A DNA stretch of 64,000 nt from an uncultured Lachnospiraceae bacterium (lineage in GTDB: Bacteria; Bacillota; Clostridia; Lachnospirales; Lachnospiraceae), in NCBI GenBank assembly GCA_964579655.1, contig CAZOGN010000001.1, forward strand, positions 36,097-100,096, written 5' to 3'. Position 1 is the stretch's first letter, and each line of letters begins with the position of its first letter. The position numbers and the translations under genes are program-made. Under the pieces are notes generated by a model. The model saw only the letters and a list, made by a program, of their open reading frames with translations. It had not been told where the DNA came from and ran no database searches. Below, one piece after another: positions 46,001-56,212 of the stretch.

Positions 46001-47500
46001 TTTTTCAATTTTAAAGGGTATTGGAGTTTTAGGATTCACAAAAGAACTGAATTTATCAATTACATTGCCTTCCTTAAGCTTAACTGCCCCTATTTCAATA
46101 ATTCTATCCTTAGATGGTCCAAAACCTGTTGTTTCAAGGTCAAATATTACATAGGTGTCCTTAAGACTTTGGTTTTTAGAATTTCTTGTAACTGATTTTA
46201 CATCATCAACTATATATGCTTCTACACCATATATAATTTTAAATTCTTCTAACCTCTTCCACTCTGATTCTGGATAATCTCTCTTATCTAAAGCATATGA
46301 TGCTTCTGGAAAGGCTTGAACTACACCGTGGTCAGTTATAGCTATAGCTGGGTGTCCCCATTCAAATGCCCTTTTAATTAAGTCCTTTACATGAACTACT
46401 GCATCCATATCACTCATCATAGTATGTGCGTGAAGCTCTACTCGTTTTTCAACATTATTATCTAACTTCTTTACTGAGAAATCAGGAACCGTCCTCATTC
46501 CATTTATTGAACTTATGCTAATTTCTCTTTCAAACTTATCATAAAGTGCTAAACCTTTTATTTTTATATAACTTCCCTTCTTTAAAAAAGAAAGAAGTAT
46601 AGGAACTTCATCTGTTTTTATAAAGACCTTACAGCGAATTGAATCTGTAAAATCCGTAATTGAAAACATAACAATTGTTTTATTATTTCTAATATCTCTT
46701 ATATCCGTATTAAGAATTCTTCCTCTAATTATTACTTCGCCTATCTCACCTTGAATATCTTTGATGGAAATGGATTCACCATCAAATTCTTTACCATAAA
46801 AAACATCAGTATCTTTTGAATTTCTAAGATATGAAGGTCTACTAGGAATTCTTGTTTTCTTTTCTTTCTTGATTTCGCTATTATCCTCTTTTTCTACAGT
46901 TATAGTGGGTGTGGCAACAGCTTTATCATTACAATTATTTGACTTTAACTCATCTAAACTTACTATTTCAACATCTTGCTTTTCATCTTTAGGCTTATGA
47001 AATTTATATTTAATGCTTATATCACAATCAAACTTATTGCTAAATACATCAGTAATGTAATTTGAAAATTCACCACATATGTTTTTGTAAATAAAATTAT
47101 CCTCAACATTAAAGCAAAATTGATTATCTTTACATTCAATCTTTGAATTGTTTAATATGTTATATCCTAGTATACTGTTTTGTCTTAGTTCTTCTAATAA
47201 ACTATCCTTATACATGTCCATTAGTTTATTTGGTGTATATTGTTCGGACAAATCATAACGTTCATATATATTGACACTATAACAAGAAAATAATTGCTTA
47301 TGTAGTTGATATTCCATAGTCCTTATTTTTTTTACTGATATTATATGATTGCTTTTAATATAAATCTTCAAAATTGCTTTAGTTTTTGAAAGCACAACTT
47401 TTTCAACCAAAACTTCCTGAAAAATATCAGAAATACCTTTTGGTATATTCTTAAGTCCTTCAAATACTTCAAAAAACAAAACTGTAGATTTATTACTCAT
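43073..47500 (-). CDS. polC: DNA polymerase III alpha subunit, PolC type
   Basis: PHP (ELHAHTMMSDMD), inserted 3'-5' exonuclease (VIFDLETTGF, HNASFDMSF, HRAVDDA), zinc finger CTNC...CPTC, polymerase core. Its ATG overlaps the ispG stop by 1 nt. Confidence 0.97.
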   Translation of the reverse strand: MSNKSTVLFFEVFEGLKNIPKGISDIFQEVLVEKVVLSKTKAILKIYIKSNHIISVKKIRTMEYQLHKQLFSCYSVNIYERYDLSEQYTPNKLMDMYKDSLLEELRQNSILGYNILNNSKIECKDNQFCFNVEDNFIYKNICGEFSNYITDVFSNKFDCDISIKYKFHKPKDEKQDVEIVSLDELKSNNCNDKAVATPTITVEKEDNSEIKKEKKTRIPSRPSYLRNSKDTDVFYGKEFDGESISIKDIQGEIGEVIIRGRILNTDIRDIRNNKTIVMFSITDFTDSIRCKVFIKTDEVPILLSFLKKGSYIKIKGLALYDKFEREISISSINGMRTVPDFSVKKLDNNVEKRVELHAHTMMSDMDAVVHVKDLIKRAFEWGHPAIAITDHGVVQAFPEASYALDKRDYPESEWKRLEEFKIIYGVEAYIVDDVKSVTRNSKNQSLKDTYVIFDLETTGFGPSKDRIIEIGAVKLKEGNVIDKFSSFVNPKTPIPFKIEKLTGISDNMVINEPTIDVVLPQFLDFCKDSVLVAHNASFDMSFVKNNADELGILVDNTVVDTVGLARLLLPNLKNYKLNNIAKYFNVPLENHHRAVDDADATAKIFLNFIDMLNEKEVTNLDDIDNLNITSNDVIKKMPTYHGIILAKNEIGRINLYKLISLSHIDYYSRRPRIPKSVFLKHREGLIIGSACEAGEIYQAILRNQTADEVDRLARFYDYFEIQPLGNNDFMIDNDKYDINSKEDLININRKIVQLGEEYNKPVVATCDVHFLDPEDELYRRIIMAGKGFKDADNQPPLYFRTTNEMLDEFDYLGKEKAREVVIRNTNKIANQIEYISPVRPDKYPPVIEDSDKMLRESCYEKAYSMYGSNLPKVVEERLEKELDSIISNGYAVMYIIAQKLVKKSNEDGYLVGSRGSVGSSFAATMADITEVNPLPAHYYCTNCFYNDFESDEVKKYSGYSGYDMPDKECPTCGQLLSKDGHDIPFETFLGFEGDKEPDIDLNFSGEYQSRSHEYTETLFGKGHTFRAGTIGTMAEKTAFGYVLNYFEEKEIHKRRAEIERIVSGCVGVRRTTGQHPGGIIVLPHGEDINSFTPVQRPANDMKTNIVTTHFDYHSIDHNLLKLDLLGHDDPTMIKTLEDLTGVDAKNIRFDDEKVLSLFTSTSALGVNSQQLAGCKLGSLGVPEFGTDFVMQMLSDTKPTTFSELVRISGLSHGTDVWLNNAQILIAEEKCTLSTAICTRDDIMIYLINKGVKSSMAFKIMEFVRKGRGLTPEMEDAMIEADIPDWYIWSCKQIKYMFPKAHAVAYVMMAFRIAYFKVYYPLAYYSAYFSIRAAAFNYELMCQGKEYLEVKIKDYKKRYNDLTKKEQDTLKDMRVVQEMYARGFEFEPLDVYKAKAREFQIRDGQIMAAFNSIDGLGEKAADAVVEAAKDGPYTSLEDFKNRSKVSSTVVETMARLGLLGELPDSDQMSFMDFLEG

Positions 47501-48567
47501 TATTCTTCCTCTTTCATACGAAGTAACTCTTGCCTTAGGCTACTAAGTAATTCATCTTCTGCAAGCTTCTTTACTACTTTTCCTTTCTTGATTAGAAGAC
47601 CTTCACCCTTGCCTCCGGCAATTCCTATGTCAGCTTCCTTAGCTTCACCTGGTCCATTTACAGCACAACCCATAACTGCTACTTTTACATCAAGATCAAT
47701 ATCTTGAATCATATCTTCAACTGCACTTGCAAGACCTATTAAGTCTATTTCTGTTCTACCACAGGTCGGACAGGAAATTAAGTCCACCCCACCTTTTCTT
47801 AAGCCAATATTTTTAAGGATTAACTTGGCTGATTTTATTTCTTCCTTAGGATCCCCTGATAAGGATACACGAATTGTATTACCTATTCCTTGATATAATA
47901 TAATTCCTAATCCAAGAGCGGATTTTATGTTACCTGCATAAGGGGTCCCTGATTCTGTAATTCCAACATGAAGTGGATAATTGGTCTTACTTGCAAGTAT
48001 CTCGTGAGCTTCTGCACTCATTAATACATCAGAAGATTTAATACTTATAACCAAATTATCATATCCCATATCTTCAATAAGCTTAACTTTATCTAAGGCA
48101 CTTTCAACAATTCCTTTGGCTGTTACACCCTTATACTTATCCCTAATATTCTTTTCTAGTGATCCACTATTAACACCAACTCTAATTGGTATGTTTTTTT
48201 CTTTAGCCAAGTCTACTATAGCTTGAACCTTTTCATTACTTCCAATATTGCCAGGATTAATTCGGATTTTATCTGCTCCGTTTTCAATAGCGGAAATGGC
48301 AAGACGATAATCAAAATGAATGTCAGCAACTAGGGGTATGTGAATATTTTTTTTAATTTCCTTTAGTGCCTTAGCTGCTTCCATATTGGGAACAGAACAC
48401 CTAATAATATCACAACCTATAGCTTCAAGTTCTAATATTTGATTGATTGTTTCTTCTATATTTTCAGTTTTTGTATTTGTCATAGATTGAATCAGTATTG
48501 GATTATCTCCACCTATAATCTTATTTCCAATCCAAACTTCTTTTGTTCTTGTTCTTAATTTTTCCAC
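47500..48567 (-). CDS. ispG: 4-hydroxy-3-methylbut-2-en-1-yl diphosphate synthase
   Basis: IQSMTNT, RVSLSGDP, the CPTCGR and GCAVNGPGE cluster motifs. Confidence 0.95.
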   Translation of the reverse strand: MEKLRTRTKEVWIGNKIIGGDNPILIQSMTNTKTENIEETINQILELEAIGCDIIRCSVPNMEAAKALKEIKKNIHIPLVADIHFDYRLAISAIENGADKIRINPGNIGSNEKVQAIVDLAKEKNIPIRVGVNSGSLEKNIRDKYKGVTAKGIVESALDKVKLIEDMGYDNLVISIKSSDVLMSAEAHEILASKTNYPLHVGITESGTPYAGNIKSALGLGIILYQGIGNTIRVSLSGDPKEEIKSAKLILKNIGLRKGGVDLISCPTCGRTEIDLIGLASAVEDMIQDIDLDVKVAVMGCAVNGPGEAKEADIGIAGGKGEGLLIKKGKVVKKLAEDELLSSLRQELLRMKEEE

Positions 48568-48618
48568 AATAATATTCTTGCCTCTCTTTTACACTTACAA
48601 ATTTACCACAAGGGTAAA

Positions 48619-49977
48619 TTATATTAATCTTATTATATCATTAAATAATATAAAAACTGCCAGTACCATTATAGCAATAAGTCCAATAGTATGAACCAAT
48701 CCTTCTTTTTCTGCTGGTACAGGCTTGCCTCGAATCAATTCAATTATAAGAAATACTAATCTTCCACCATCAAAGGCTGGTAGTGGCAGTAAGTTTATCA
48801 CTCCTACATTGGCACTTATTAAAATGGTTAGACTTGCTAGATTGATAAATACTACAAGTGCACCATCAACTTTACTAACTTCATAGGTATCACCTATCAT
48901 ATTGACTATTCCAACAGGGCCTGCAAGATTATCAAATCCGAGGTTACCTGTAAATAGCATCTTGAAACTTCTTAGAGTTGTCACTATATTATACTTTACT
49001 TCTATAACTCCATATTTTAAAGCTTCTAGAAAGTTTACCTTTTCGTATATACGATCAGCAAAGAATCCCAGCTCATATCCCTCGCCAGCAAACTCTGGAG
49101 TAATTTGTTCTGTATATTCATCACCATCTCTAGTATAAGTTATGGAGATATCTTCTTTTGTTAATGGCTTTTCATCTAAAATTTTAGCTAATTCTTCACC
49201 CGAACCAACAATATTTTCATTAAATTTTGTAATAACATCTCCCACTTTAACACCAACATTAGCAAGAGGAGAATCCTCAGTAAGTTCTTTTATTATCGCT
49301 TGATTTGTGTCTGGATAATAAGTAAAACCTAGCCTATAATACTCTCTATATTTTGGATTAAGTACCGTATCATGTTTTTTTCCATCTCTTTCATACTCAA
49401 CTTCAATGGGCTTTTCAGATACAGGATTAATTAGAAATTCTACTGCCATTTCTTTATTTATAGATATGTTCTTGCCATTAATCTCAGTAATAAGGTCTCC
49501 ATCTTTTAAACCTGCTTCATCTGCTGCAGATCCTGTTTGTACATTAGTAATAAAAGCTGGATCGTAGCCAATTATAGCAACAATAATTGTAGACAAAATA
49601 AAAGCTAATATAAAATTGAAAATAGCACCAGCGGCAACCACTGAAAATCGTGCCAATGGACCTTTATTATTAAATGCTCTTTCATCTTCGTTGTTCTCAT
49701 CCTCCCCTAGCATTGCACAAGAGCCACCAAAAGGAAATAACTTTAAAGAATAAACTGTGTTTTCTTCCCACTCATTATTAGCATCTAATTCATCTTGTTT
49801 TAGTAAGAACTTTAATCTATAACCTTTACTAGTAGGTACAAAACTAACTAGTCTTTTACCAAATCCCAAAGAAAACTCTGTCACAAATATTTTATTAAAC
49901 TTAGCTAGAATAAAATGACCAAATTCATGGACAGCAATTATAATTCCAAATATTAATAATGCTATAACTATATTCAT
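48619..49977 (-). CDS. rseP: RIP metalloprotease RseP (M50, two PDZ)
   Basis: HEFGH in TM1, PDZ segments, NLLPLPAFDGG. Conserved position between dxr and ispG. Confidence 0.9.
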   Translation of the reverse strand: MNIVIALLIFGIIIAVHEFGHFILAKFNKIFVTEFSLGFGKRLVSFVPTSKGYRLKFLLKQDELDANNEWEENTVYSLKLFPFGGSCAMLGEDENNEDERAFNNKGPLARFSVVAAGAIFNFILAFILSTIIVAIIGYDPAFITNVQTGSAADEAGLKDGDLITEINGKNISINKEMAVEFLINPVSEKPIEVEYERDGKKHDTVLNPKYREYYRLGFTYYPDTNQAIIKELTEDSPLANVGVKVGDVITKFNENIVGSGEELAKILDEKPLTKEDISITYTRDGDEYTEQITPEFAGEGYELGFFADRIYEKVNFLEALKYGVIEVKYNIVTTLRSFKMLFTGNLGFDNLAGPVGIVNMIGDTYEVSKVDGALVVFINLASLTILISANVGVINLLPLPAFDGGRLVFLIIELIRGKPVPAEKEGLVHTIGLIAIMVLAVFILFNDIIRLI

Positions 49978-50010
49978 ATATTCCTCCTAATGATTATTAT
50001 TAATTATAAT

Positions 50011-51156
50011 TTACTTTACAAAACAGTTAATGTATTCATGTGTTTTTTCTTCTATTTCAAGAATTTGAGAAACTGTTGGATTAGGGATTATACTATGTGC
50101 CTCTATTGCACTAGTAATTAATTCAACTATTTCTAAATATCTAATTTTTCCATTTAAAAACTTTTCTACTGCTATTTCATTTGCTGCATTAAAAACTGTA
50201 GGAAGACTTCCACCAGCTTTACCCACCTTATATGCTAATTCTAAAGCAGGAAATGTTTCATTATCAGGCTTTTCAAAATCCAGCTTAGCTAACTTGAAAA
50301 AATCAATCCTTTCACCTGATAAATCTTTTCTTTTTGGATAATAGAGGGCATATTGAATTGGTAAGCGCATGTCTGGTGTTCCCATTTGTGCCATTATACT
50401 CCCATCAATAAATTCTACTGCCGAATGAATTATACTTTGTGGTTGAATAACTACTTCTATTCGATCAAAGTCTATATCAAAAAGCCACTTTGCTTCAATA
50501 ACTTCTAGTCCTTTATTAACTAAAGTTGAAGAGTCTACTGTTATTTTCTTACCCATCGACCAGTTCGGATGATTAAGTGCATCTTCTAGAACTACATTCT
50601 TTAATTCTTCTTTTGTTTTTCCGCGAAAAGGACCTCCTGAAGCAGTTAATATAATCCTAGTAAGCTCATTATCATTCTCTCCATTTATTGCTTGGAATAT
50701 GGCAGAATGCTCACTATCTACAGGATATAAAGAAACCTTGTGTTTCTTTACTAAAGGCATAATAATATGACCTGCACAAACTAAAGTTTCTTTGTTGGCT
50801 AAAGCAATATCTTTACCTGCCTTAATAGCTTCTATAGTAGGTATAATACCAATCATTCCAACTATTGCAGTAACAAGTGTGTGGGTAGATTTATATGTAG
50901 CACATTCTATTAATCCATCCATTCCTGTTAGCACTTTTACATCCATATCTTTTATATTATTCTTTAATTCTTTTGCATATGCCTCATCCATAAGGCAAAC
51001 TATTTTAGGATGAAATTCTCTAATTTGCTTTTCTAATAATTCTATATTTGAATTTGCACTAAGGGCTGTTATATTTAAATCTTTGTTATTTCTAACTACA
51101 TCTAAAGTCTGTGTACCAATTGAACCTGTTGAACCTAGTACGGCAATGTTTCTCAT
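50011..51156 (-). CDS. dxr: 1-deoxy-D-xylulose 5-phosphate reductoisomerase
   Basis: IAVLGSTGSIG, LANKE, PVDSEHSAIFQ. ATG at 51156 with GGAGG upstream. Confidence 0.95.
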   Translation of the reverse strand: MRNIAVLGSTGSIGTQTLDVVRNNKDLNITALSANSNIELLEKQIREFHPKIVCLMDEAYAKELKNNIKDMDVKVLTGMDGLIECATYKSTHTLVTAIVGMIGIIPTIEAIKAGKDIALANKETLVCAGHIIMPLVKKHKVSLYPVDSEHSAIFQAINGENDNELTRIILTASGGPFRGKTKEELKNVVLEDALNHPNWSMGKKITVDSSTLVNKGLEVIEAKWLFDIDFDRIEVVIQPQSIIHSAVEFIDGSIMAQMGTPDMRLPIQYALYYPKRKDLSGERIDFFKLAKLDFEKPDNETFPALELAYKVGKAGGSLPTVFNAANEIAVEKFLNGKIRYLEIVELITSAIEAHSIIPNPTVSQILEIEEKTHEYINCFVK

Positions 51157-51184
51157 AAAAACCTCCAATATAGCAAATCTATTT

Positions 51185-51982
51185 CTATCTTATGTAAATA
51201 ATAAAATAATAAACTACAGGTGCCACAAAAATTATACTATCAAAACGATCTAAAACACCACCATGACCAGGTATTAGTTTGCCGTAATCCTTTATGTTAT
51301 TATTTCTCTTTATCGCAGAGGCAGCTAAGTCACCTAATTGAGATATAACACTTGCACATGCACTAATAATTGCAAAAAGAAGCTTTGGATTACTAAAGTA
51401 TGCAAATTCATTTTCAAAGATCAAGCCAAAAACAAATCCAATAATGGCTGCTCCAACTATACCACCTATACATCCTTCTAAAGATTTCTTAGGACTTAAC
51501 CTGGGTAAAAATTTGCGTTTTCCTATCAGGCTTCCAACACAGTAAGCACTAGTATCACTGCCCCAAGCACCTATAAAAATAAGCCATACTAAATAGGCAC
51601 CACCATCTAATATACGCACTCTATATATAAAACTCAACATTACAGCTACATAAAATAAGCCTATAAATACAAAAGATACTTGTTCTATACTATACTTTGG
51701 AAATGTTATTACATATGCAAACATAGTCAGTAATAAAAATATAATTAATAAAAACAAATGGTTGTTAACATTAAAATATATGAATAAATAGTATGCAATA
51801 GCGGCTACATACCCTAATATTCCAAAAGAAGTTTTATTAAGTTTTAATGTACGATAAAGTTCCATCATACCAATTAAAGATATGACTAACAATCCAAAAA
51901 ACAATACTTCCCCACCAATTACTACAAATGTAATTGTAAATAGTAATACAAATATACTCCCAATCAACCTGTCCTTAAACAT
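51185..51982 (-). CDS. cdsA: Phosphatidate cytidylyltransferase
   Basis: SAIKRNNNIKDYGKLIPGHGGVLDRFDS signature. Multi-TM. Confidence 0.9.
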   Translation of the reverse strand: MFKDRLIGSIFVLLFTITFVVIGGEVLFFGLLVISLIGMMELYRTLKLNKTSFGILGYVAAIAYYLFIYFNVNNHLFLLIIFLLLTMFAYVITFPKYSIEQVSFVFIGLFYVAVMLSFIYRVRILDGGAYLVWLIFIGAWGSDTSAYCVGSLIGKRKFLPRLSPKKSLEGCIGGIVGAAIIGFVFGLIFENEFAYFSNPKLLFAIISACASVISQLGDLAASAIKRNNNIKDYGKLIPGHGGVLDRFDSIIFVAPVVYYFIIYIR

Positions 51983-52018
51983 TTTTTTCTTACCTTCCTA
52001 GTTTTACAAACTTATTAT

Positions 52019-52744
52019 TTATAAAGCACCAAATCTTCTATCTCTACTATTATAATATTCAATAGCTTTTAATAATTCTTTTTTATTGAAATCTGGCCAA
52101 TATACATCTGTAAAATAGAATTCAGTATATGCCAATTGCCATAGTAAAAAATTTGAAAGTCTTTGTTCTCCACTTGTTCTAATTAATAAGTCGGGATCAG
52201 GAATACCTGCTGTGTCTAAATAATCACTAAACATTTCTTCATTTATATGATCAACACTTACTTTATCCTTTTTTAGATCAGCTGCTAGTTTTTCAATGCT
52301 TCTAATCATTTCATCTCGACTACCGTAATTAATCGCAACCTGAAGATTTAAACCAGTATTATCCCTGGATGCCTCTTCTAATTTAACAATACTTTCTTGC
52401 ATATCTTTAGATAGTACTGATATATCTCCAATTATACGCACTCTCATATTGTTCTTTTTACTTTCTTTTATTGATTGCTTTAAATAGTCTTTTAGTAACT
52501 TCATTAATTCATTTACTTCATCTTTTGGTCTTTTCCAGTTTTCTGTTGAAAATGCAAATATAGTTATATACTCAATTCCAAGATTATAGGCTTCCTTACA
52601 GATTTTTTTGACATTCTTACTGCCTTCAGAGTGTCCAAAGTTTCTAGGCATCCTATTTTTCTTTGCCCATCTTCCGTTACCGTCTAAAATTATTGCTACA
52701 TGCTTAGGTATATTTATGTCAGATAATTCTTCCTTATTATTCAT
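52019..52744 (-). CDS. uppS: Isoprenyl transferase (undecaprenyl diphosphate synthase)
   Basis: HVAIILDGNGRWA, FAFSTENWKRP, RTSGEQRLSNFLLWQ. ATG at 52744 with GGAGG upstream. Confidence 0.95.
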   Translation of the reverse strand: MNNKEELSDINIPKHVAIILDGNGRWAKKNRMPRNFGHSEGSKNVKKICKEAYNLGIEYITIFAFSTENWKRPKDEVNELMKLLKDYLKQSIKESKKNNMRVRIIGDISVLSKDMQESIVKLEEASRDNTGLNLQVAINYGSRDEMIRSIEKLAADLKKDKVSVDHINEEMFSDYLDTAGIPDPDLLIRTSGEQRLSNFLLWQLAYTEFYFTDVYWPDFNKKELLKAIEYYNSRDRRFGAL

Positions 52745-52821
52745 TAATACCTCCGTTATTCGTATAAATAGGACGTATTTTGATATCACAAAATACGTCC
52801 CCCAAATATCAAATTCACTTG

Positions 52822-53376
52822 TTAAATAGTAAGAATTTCTTTTTCTTTATCAGATGTAAGTAGATCAATTTTTTCTATATTTTTGTCTGTAATCTTTTGA
52901 ATATCTTCCTCTAATACTTTTGCTTGATCTTCTGATATGTCAGAATCTTTTTTCATCTTTTTAACTTCATCATTAGCATCTCTTCTTATATTACGAACTG
53001 AAACCTTTGAATTTTCTGCTATCTTCTTTATTTCTTTAACTAAGTCTTTTCTTCTTTCTTCTGTTAATTCGGGAAATACTAATCTTATAATCTTTCCATC
53101 ATTGTTTGGAGTAATTCCAATATTAGAGCCCAAGATAGCTTTTTCTATGTCTTTTATTAAATTAGATTCCCATGGCTGTATTTGTATCAATCTTGGTTCT
53201 GGTACGGAAATATTTGCTACAGCTTGTATTGGAGAAGGGGTTCCATAATAATCTACTCTAACACCATCCAAAATTCGTGGATTAGCTCTTCCTGCTCTAA
53301 TCACTGCAAACTCTTCTCCCAAAGCTTCTATAGTTCTTTCCATCATTTCTTCATATTGCTTTAAATTAAATTGCAT
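52822..53376 (-). CDS. frr: Ribosome recycling factor
   Basis: RAGRANPRILDGVRVDYYG...LTEERRKDLVK. ATG at 53376. Confidence 0.95.
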   Translation of the reverse strand: MQFNLKQYEEMMERTIEALGEEFAVIRAGRANPRILDGVRVDYYGTPSPIQAVANISVPEPRLIQIQPWESNLIKDIEKAILGSNIGITPNNDGKIIRLVFPELTEERRKDLVKEIKKIAENSKVSVRNIRRDANDEVKKMKKDSDISEDQAKVLEEDIQKITDKNIEKIDLLTSDKEKEILTI

Positions 53377-53397
53377 ATCAATTACCACCCTTTCCTA

Positions 53398-54105
53398 CTA
53401 TATTGTGATTGTAGTTCCATTAAAGTTTTTTGTTACAGCATTAATTATACTTTTTTCCTCTTCTAACGCAAATATTAACATAGGCATCTTGTTTTCAAGC
53501 GCCAAAACAGTTGCGGACAGATCAACAACCCCTAATTGTTTATCAAGTGTTTCTTGAAGACTTATTTGTTCATATTTCTTTGCTTGTGGATTTTCGCTTG
53601 GATCACTATCATATACTCCATCTATAGCTTTTGCCATTAATATTATTTCCGCTTCTAATTCTATTGCTCTAAGTACAGTAGAAGTATCTGTTGAAAAATA
53701 AGGATGTCCTGTACCTCCAGCTAAGAATACTACTTTACCATCTTCTAAGTTTAAAACTGCCTCATCCTTTGAAAATAGTTTAGACATACTTCCACATGTA
53801 AATGGGGTTAAAATATTAGTATCTATATCTAAGGAGCGAAAGATTTCTGATACATAAATACAGTTCATAACTGTTGCAAGCATTCCTATTTGATCTGCCT
53901 TAGTACGATCAATATTGTTGCTTGATCTTCCTCTCCAGAAATTACCTCCGCCAATAACTATTGCAACCTGAATGTTTTGTTCAAGCAATTGCTTTACCTG
54001 CTTAGCAACTTCTATACAAACCCCTTCATCAAATCCTGTTTTCTTATCTCCCGCTAAAGCTTCTCCACTTAATTTAAGTAAAACTCTTTTATACTTACTA
54101 GTCAT
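53398..54105 (-). CDS. pyrH: UMP kinase
   Basis: YKRVLLKLSGEAL, GGGNFWRG. ATG at 54105 with AAGGAG 7 nt upstream. The ORF-track extension to 54156 would overlap the bactofilin gene. Confidence 0.95.
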   Translation of the reverse strand: MTSKYKRVLLKLSGEALAGDKKTGFDEGVCIEVAKQVKQLLEQNIQVAIVIGGGNFWRGRSSNNIDRTKADQIGMLATVMNCIYVSEIFRSLDIDTNILTPFTCGSMSKLFSKDEAVLNLEDGKVVFLAGGTGHPYFSTDTSTVLRAIELEAEIILMAKAIDGVYDSDPSENPQAKKYEQISLQETLDKQLGVVDLSATVLALENKMPMLIFALEEEKSIINAVTKNFNGTTITI

Positions 54106-54121
54106 TTTAGGCTCCTTGTAT

Positions 54122-54904
54122 TTATTCAAATATACTCTCAATATCAGACTTTGCATAAATCAGACTGCAATGTCCGTCTATTACAGCTCCATCACTAATT
54201 TGTATAGATGAAGCTTTTATATTCCCCTTAACTACTGCAGAAGAATCGATGGTAACTGGTCCATTAACATCAATTTCTCCTTTAATTGCACCAGCAATAG
54301 ATAAAGATGAAGCTTTCACATTACCTATAACTACAGAGTCAATTCCTATTTTTACATTGTTAACTGCTTCTACACTACCCTCTAATCTTTTTGCGGAAAT
54401 ATAAACTTCTAAGCCATGACAGTTTCCATTTACTTTTCCTAAAACTGATAGCTTTCCTTCACATAATATATCACCTGTGACACTTCCTAAGATCTCTAAA
54501 GAGCAACTAGAATCAATATCACCAGTAATTGTTGTTCCTTCTTGTATTATAGTAACTTCATCTGTGCTTGCTTTTGTATCCATTTTATTGTCCTCATCTT
54601 TAATATCTTCATCGATAGTATTAATTATTATATTATCGTCTTCATTATCTTCATCTTCTTCAATTTCACTCTCTATTATCTCACTATCTTCATCCTTAAG
54701 ATCTTCTTTATCTTCAAGCTCTTCTTCATCATCTTGCTTATCAGTAGCAACATCCAAAGATGTGTCTATTTCGTTAGCTTTTTCAATAGTATCAACAAGA
54801 TAATCACCATTACCTTTAACATCTTCTAAGTCATCGTCTAATAACTCATTTACTGCTTGATAAAAATCTTCTTTAAAGCCTTTCATATCATTTATAAAAC
54901 TCAT
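54122..54904 (-). CDS. Bactofilin-family (DUF583) polymer-forming cytoskeletal protein with a long acidic N-terminal region
   Basis: The C-terminal 140 aa show bactofilin beta-helix periodicity (ITGDIDSSCSLEILGSVTGDILCEGKLSVLGKVNGN...VIGNVKASSLSIAGAIKGEIDV...VKGNIKASSIQI). The N-terminal ~100 aa are D/E-rich low complexity. Confidence 0.75.
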   Translation of the reverse strand: MSFINDMKGFKEDFYQAVNELLDDDLEDVKGNGDYLVDTIEKANEIDTSLDVATDKQDDEEELEDKEDLKDEDSEIIESEIEEDEDNEDDNIIINTIDEDIKDEDNKMDTKASTDEVTIIQEGTTITGDIDSSCSLEILGSVTGDILCEGKLSVLGKVNGNCHGLEVYISAKRLEGSVEAVNNVKIGIDSVVIGNVKASSLSIAGAIKGEIDVNGPVTIDSSAVVKGNIKASSIQISDGAVIDGHCSLIYAKSDIESIFE

Positions 54905-54925
54905 ATGATTTTTCTCCTTGTATGT

Positions 54926-56020
54926 TTATTCATAAATTTTGTTAGCTTCAATTTGCTGTATTGGTTTTACTTCATTGGATAAAGGTAATATTTCAAATTC
55001 ATTTTCTAAAAGCGTTTCAATTATAAGAGGAAGCGACTCTACTGTACTTAACTTATTATTAGCATCATGCATTAATACAACTGAGTTTTTATATATTTTC
55101 ACACCATTTATAACGTTATTATAGGATTCTTCTACAGTTACTCCTTTGCTAGAAGCATCTCCATTCATTACGTTCCAGTCAAAATATGTAATATTGTTGT
55201 CATTTAAAAATTCTACAAATACTTCAATATCTTCTTCACTAACTTCATTTCCACTGCCACCAGGAAAACGGTATATATTAGCTTTATAATTAGTTACATC
55301 ATATAAAAATTCTTGTAACTTATACAAATCATATTGGAAGTTATCCAAGGACTCATATATTATCTCATATCTATGTGAGTAGGAATGTAATCCTAAGCTA
55401 TGACCTTCATCTACAATTCTCCTGTAAATATCCTTGGAATAATTATCGGTTTTTCCAACTACAAAAAAAGTGGCTTTAATATTATATTCGTCTAAAATAT
55501 CTAAAATCTGGGTTGTGTTTTTACTTGGCCCATCATCAAAGGTTAAATAAACTTTTTTATTTTTTAATTCTGTTATATCTTCATCTACTTCATCTTTTAT
55601 ATCTTTTATATCTTCTTTTGTGTTTTGTGAAACTGTTTCCACCTTTATGTCAACCATAGAATTAGAATCATCATTCGTTTGGAAAGAAGTTCCCTTCTTA
55701 TAATTATGTTCTTTCTTGACAGTTAAGCTATTACTTCCTTTGCTTAAAGTTTCATTGCTATTATCACTTGATCCGGATGCATGAACTATACCTTTATTTA
55801 TATTATTCATTTGTGCATAGGTCATGTCATACTTGTCAATCATAAGCATATCTATTTGTTTTTGTAAAGAATTAACTTTTAAGAATAGTACAATGCTTAA
55901 AATGATAGGTATTACAATTAGCGCAAAAACTATTATAATTATAGCCTTCTTAATTCTTCTAATTCTTTTTGCTTTATCTAAAGGAGTTTCTTTTTGATTT
56001 AGTGATTTGTATTCATCCAA
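54926..56020 (-). CDS. Membrane-anchored polysaccharide deacetylase (NodB/CE4)
   Basis: TM anchor, then NodB motifs LTFDDGPS, HSYSH, IYRFPGGS. Confidence 0.8.
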   Translation of the reverse strand: MDEYKSLNQKETPLDKAKRIRRIKKAIIIIVFALIVIPIILSIVLFLKVNSLQKQIDMLMIDKYDMTYAQMNNINKGIVHASGSSDNSNETLSKGSNSLTVKKEHNYKKGTSFQTNDDSNSMVDIKVETVSQNTKEDIKDIKDEVDEDITELKNKKVYLTFDDGPSKNTTQILDILDEYNIKATFFVVGKTDNYSKDIYRRIVDEGHSLGLHSYSHRYEIIYESLDNFQYDLYKLQEFLYDVTNYKANIYRFPGGSGNEVSEEDIEVFVEFLNDNNITYFDWNVMNGDASSKGVTVEESYNNVINGVKIYKNSVVLMHDANNKLSTVESLPLIIETLLENEFEILPLSNEVKPIQQIEANKIYE

Positions 56021-56140
56021 TCATATGTCCTCCCTATAATATTCTTTCATATATTCTATCATATATTAGCAATAAATCATATCAAATATATTGAAATTAT
56101 ATTTTAATATCAATATAATTTTAACACAGAACACTTAAAT

Positions 56141-56190
56141 AAACAAAAAAATTAAAACCAGCCTTAATGATATTCATCAAGTCTAGTTTT
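56141..56190 (-). terminator. Rho-independent terminator after the PurC-like gene
   Basis: Long imperfect hairpin spanning 56154-56190 (G-U pairs appear only in the minus-strand RNA), followed by TTTTTTTG. Confidence 0.6.
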
Positions 56191-56212
56191 AATTATAATA
56201 AATAAATATATT

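Noticed and set aside
54477-54829. Two overlapping plus-strand ORFs (108 and 95 aa, Ser-rich and Ile/Phe-rich) and an apparent GAT/GAA-type tandem repeat.
   Set aside because: They are the antisense reading of the D/E-rich low-complexity N-terminal region of the bactofilin gene. The repetitiveness is coding low complexity, not a structured DNA repeat.
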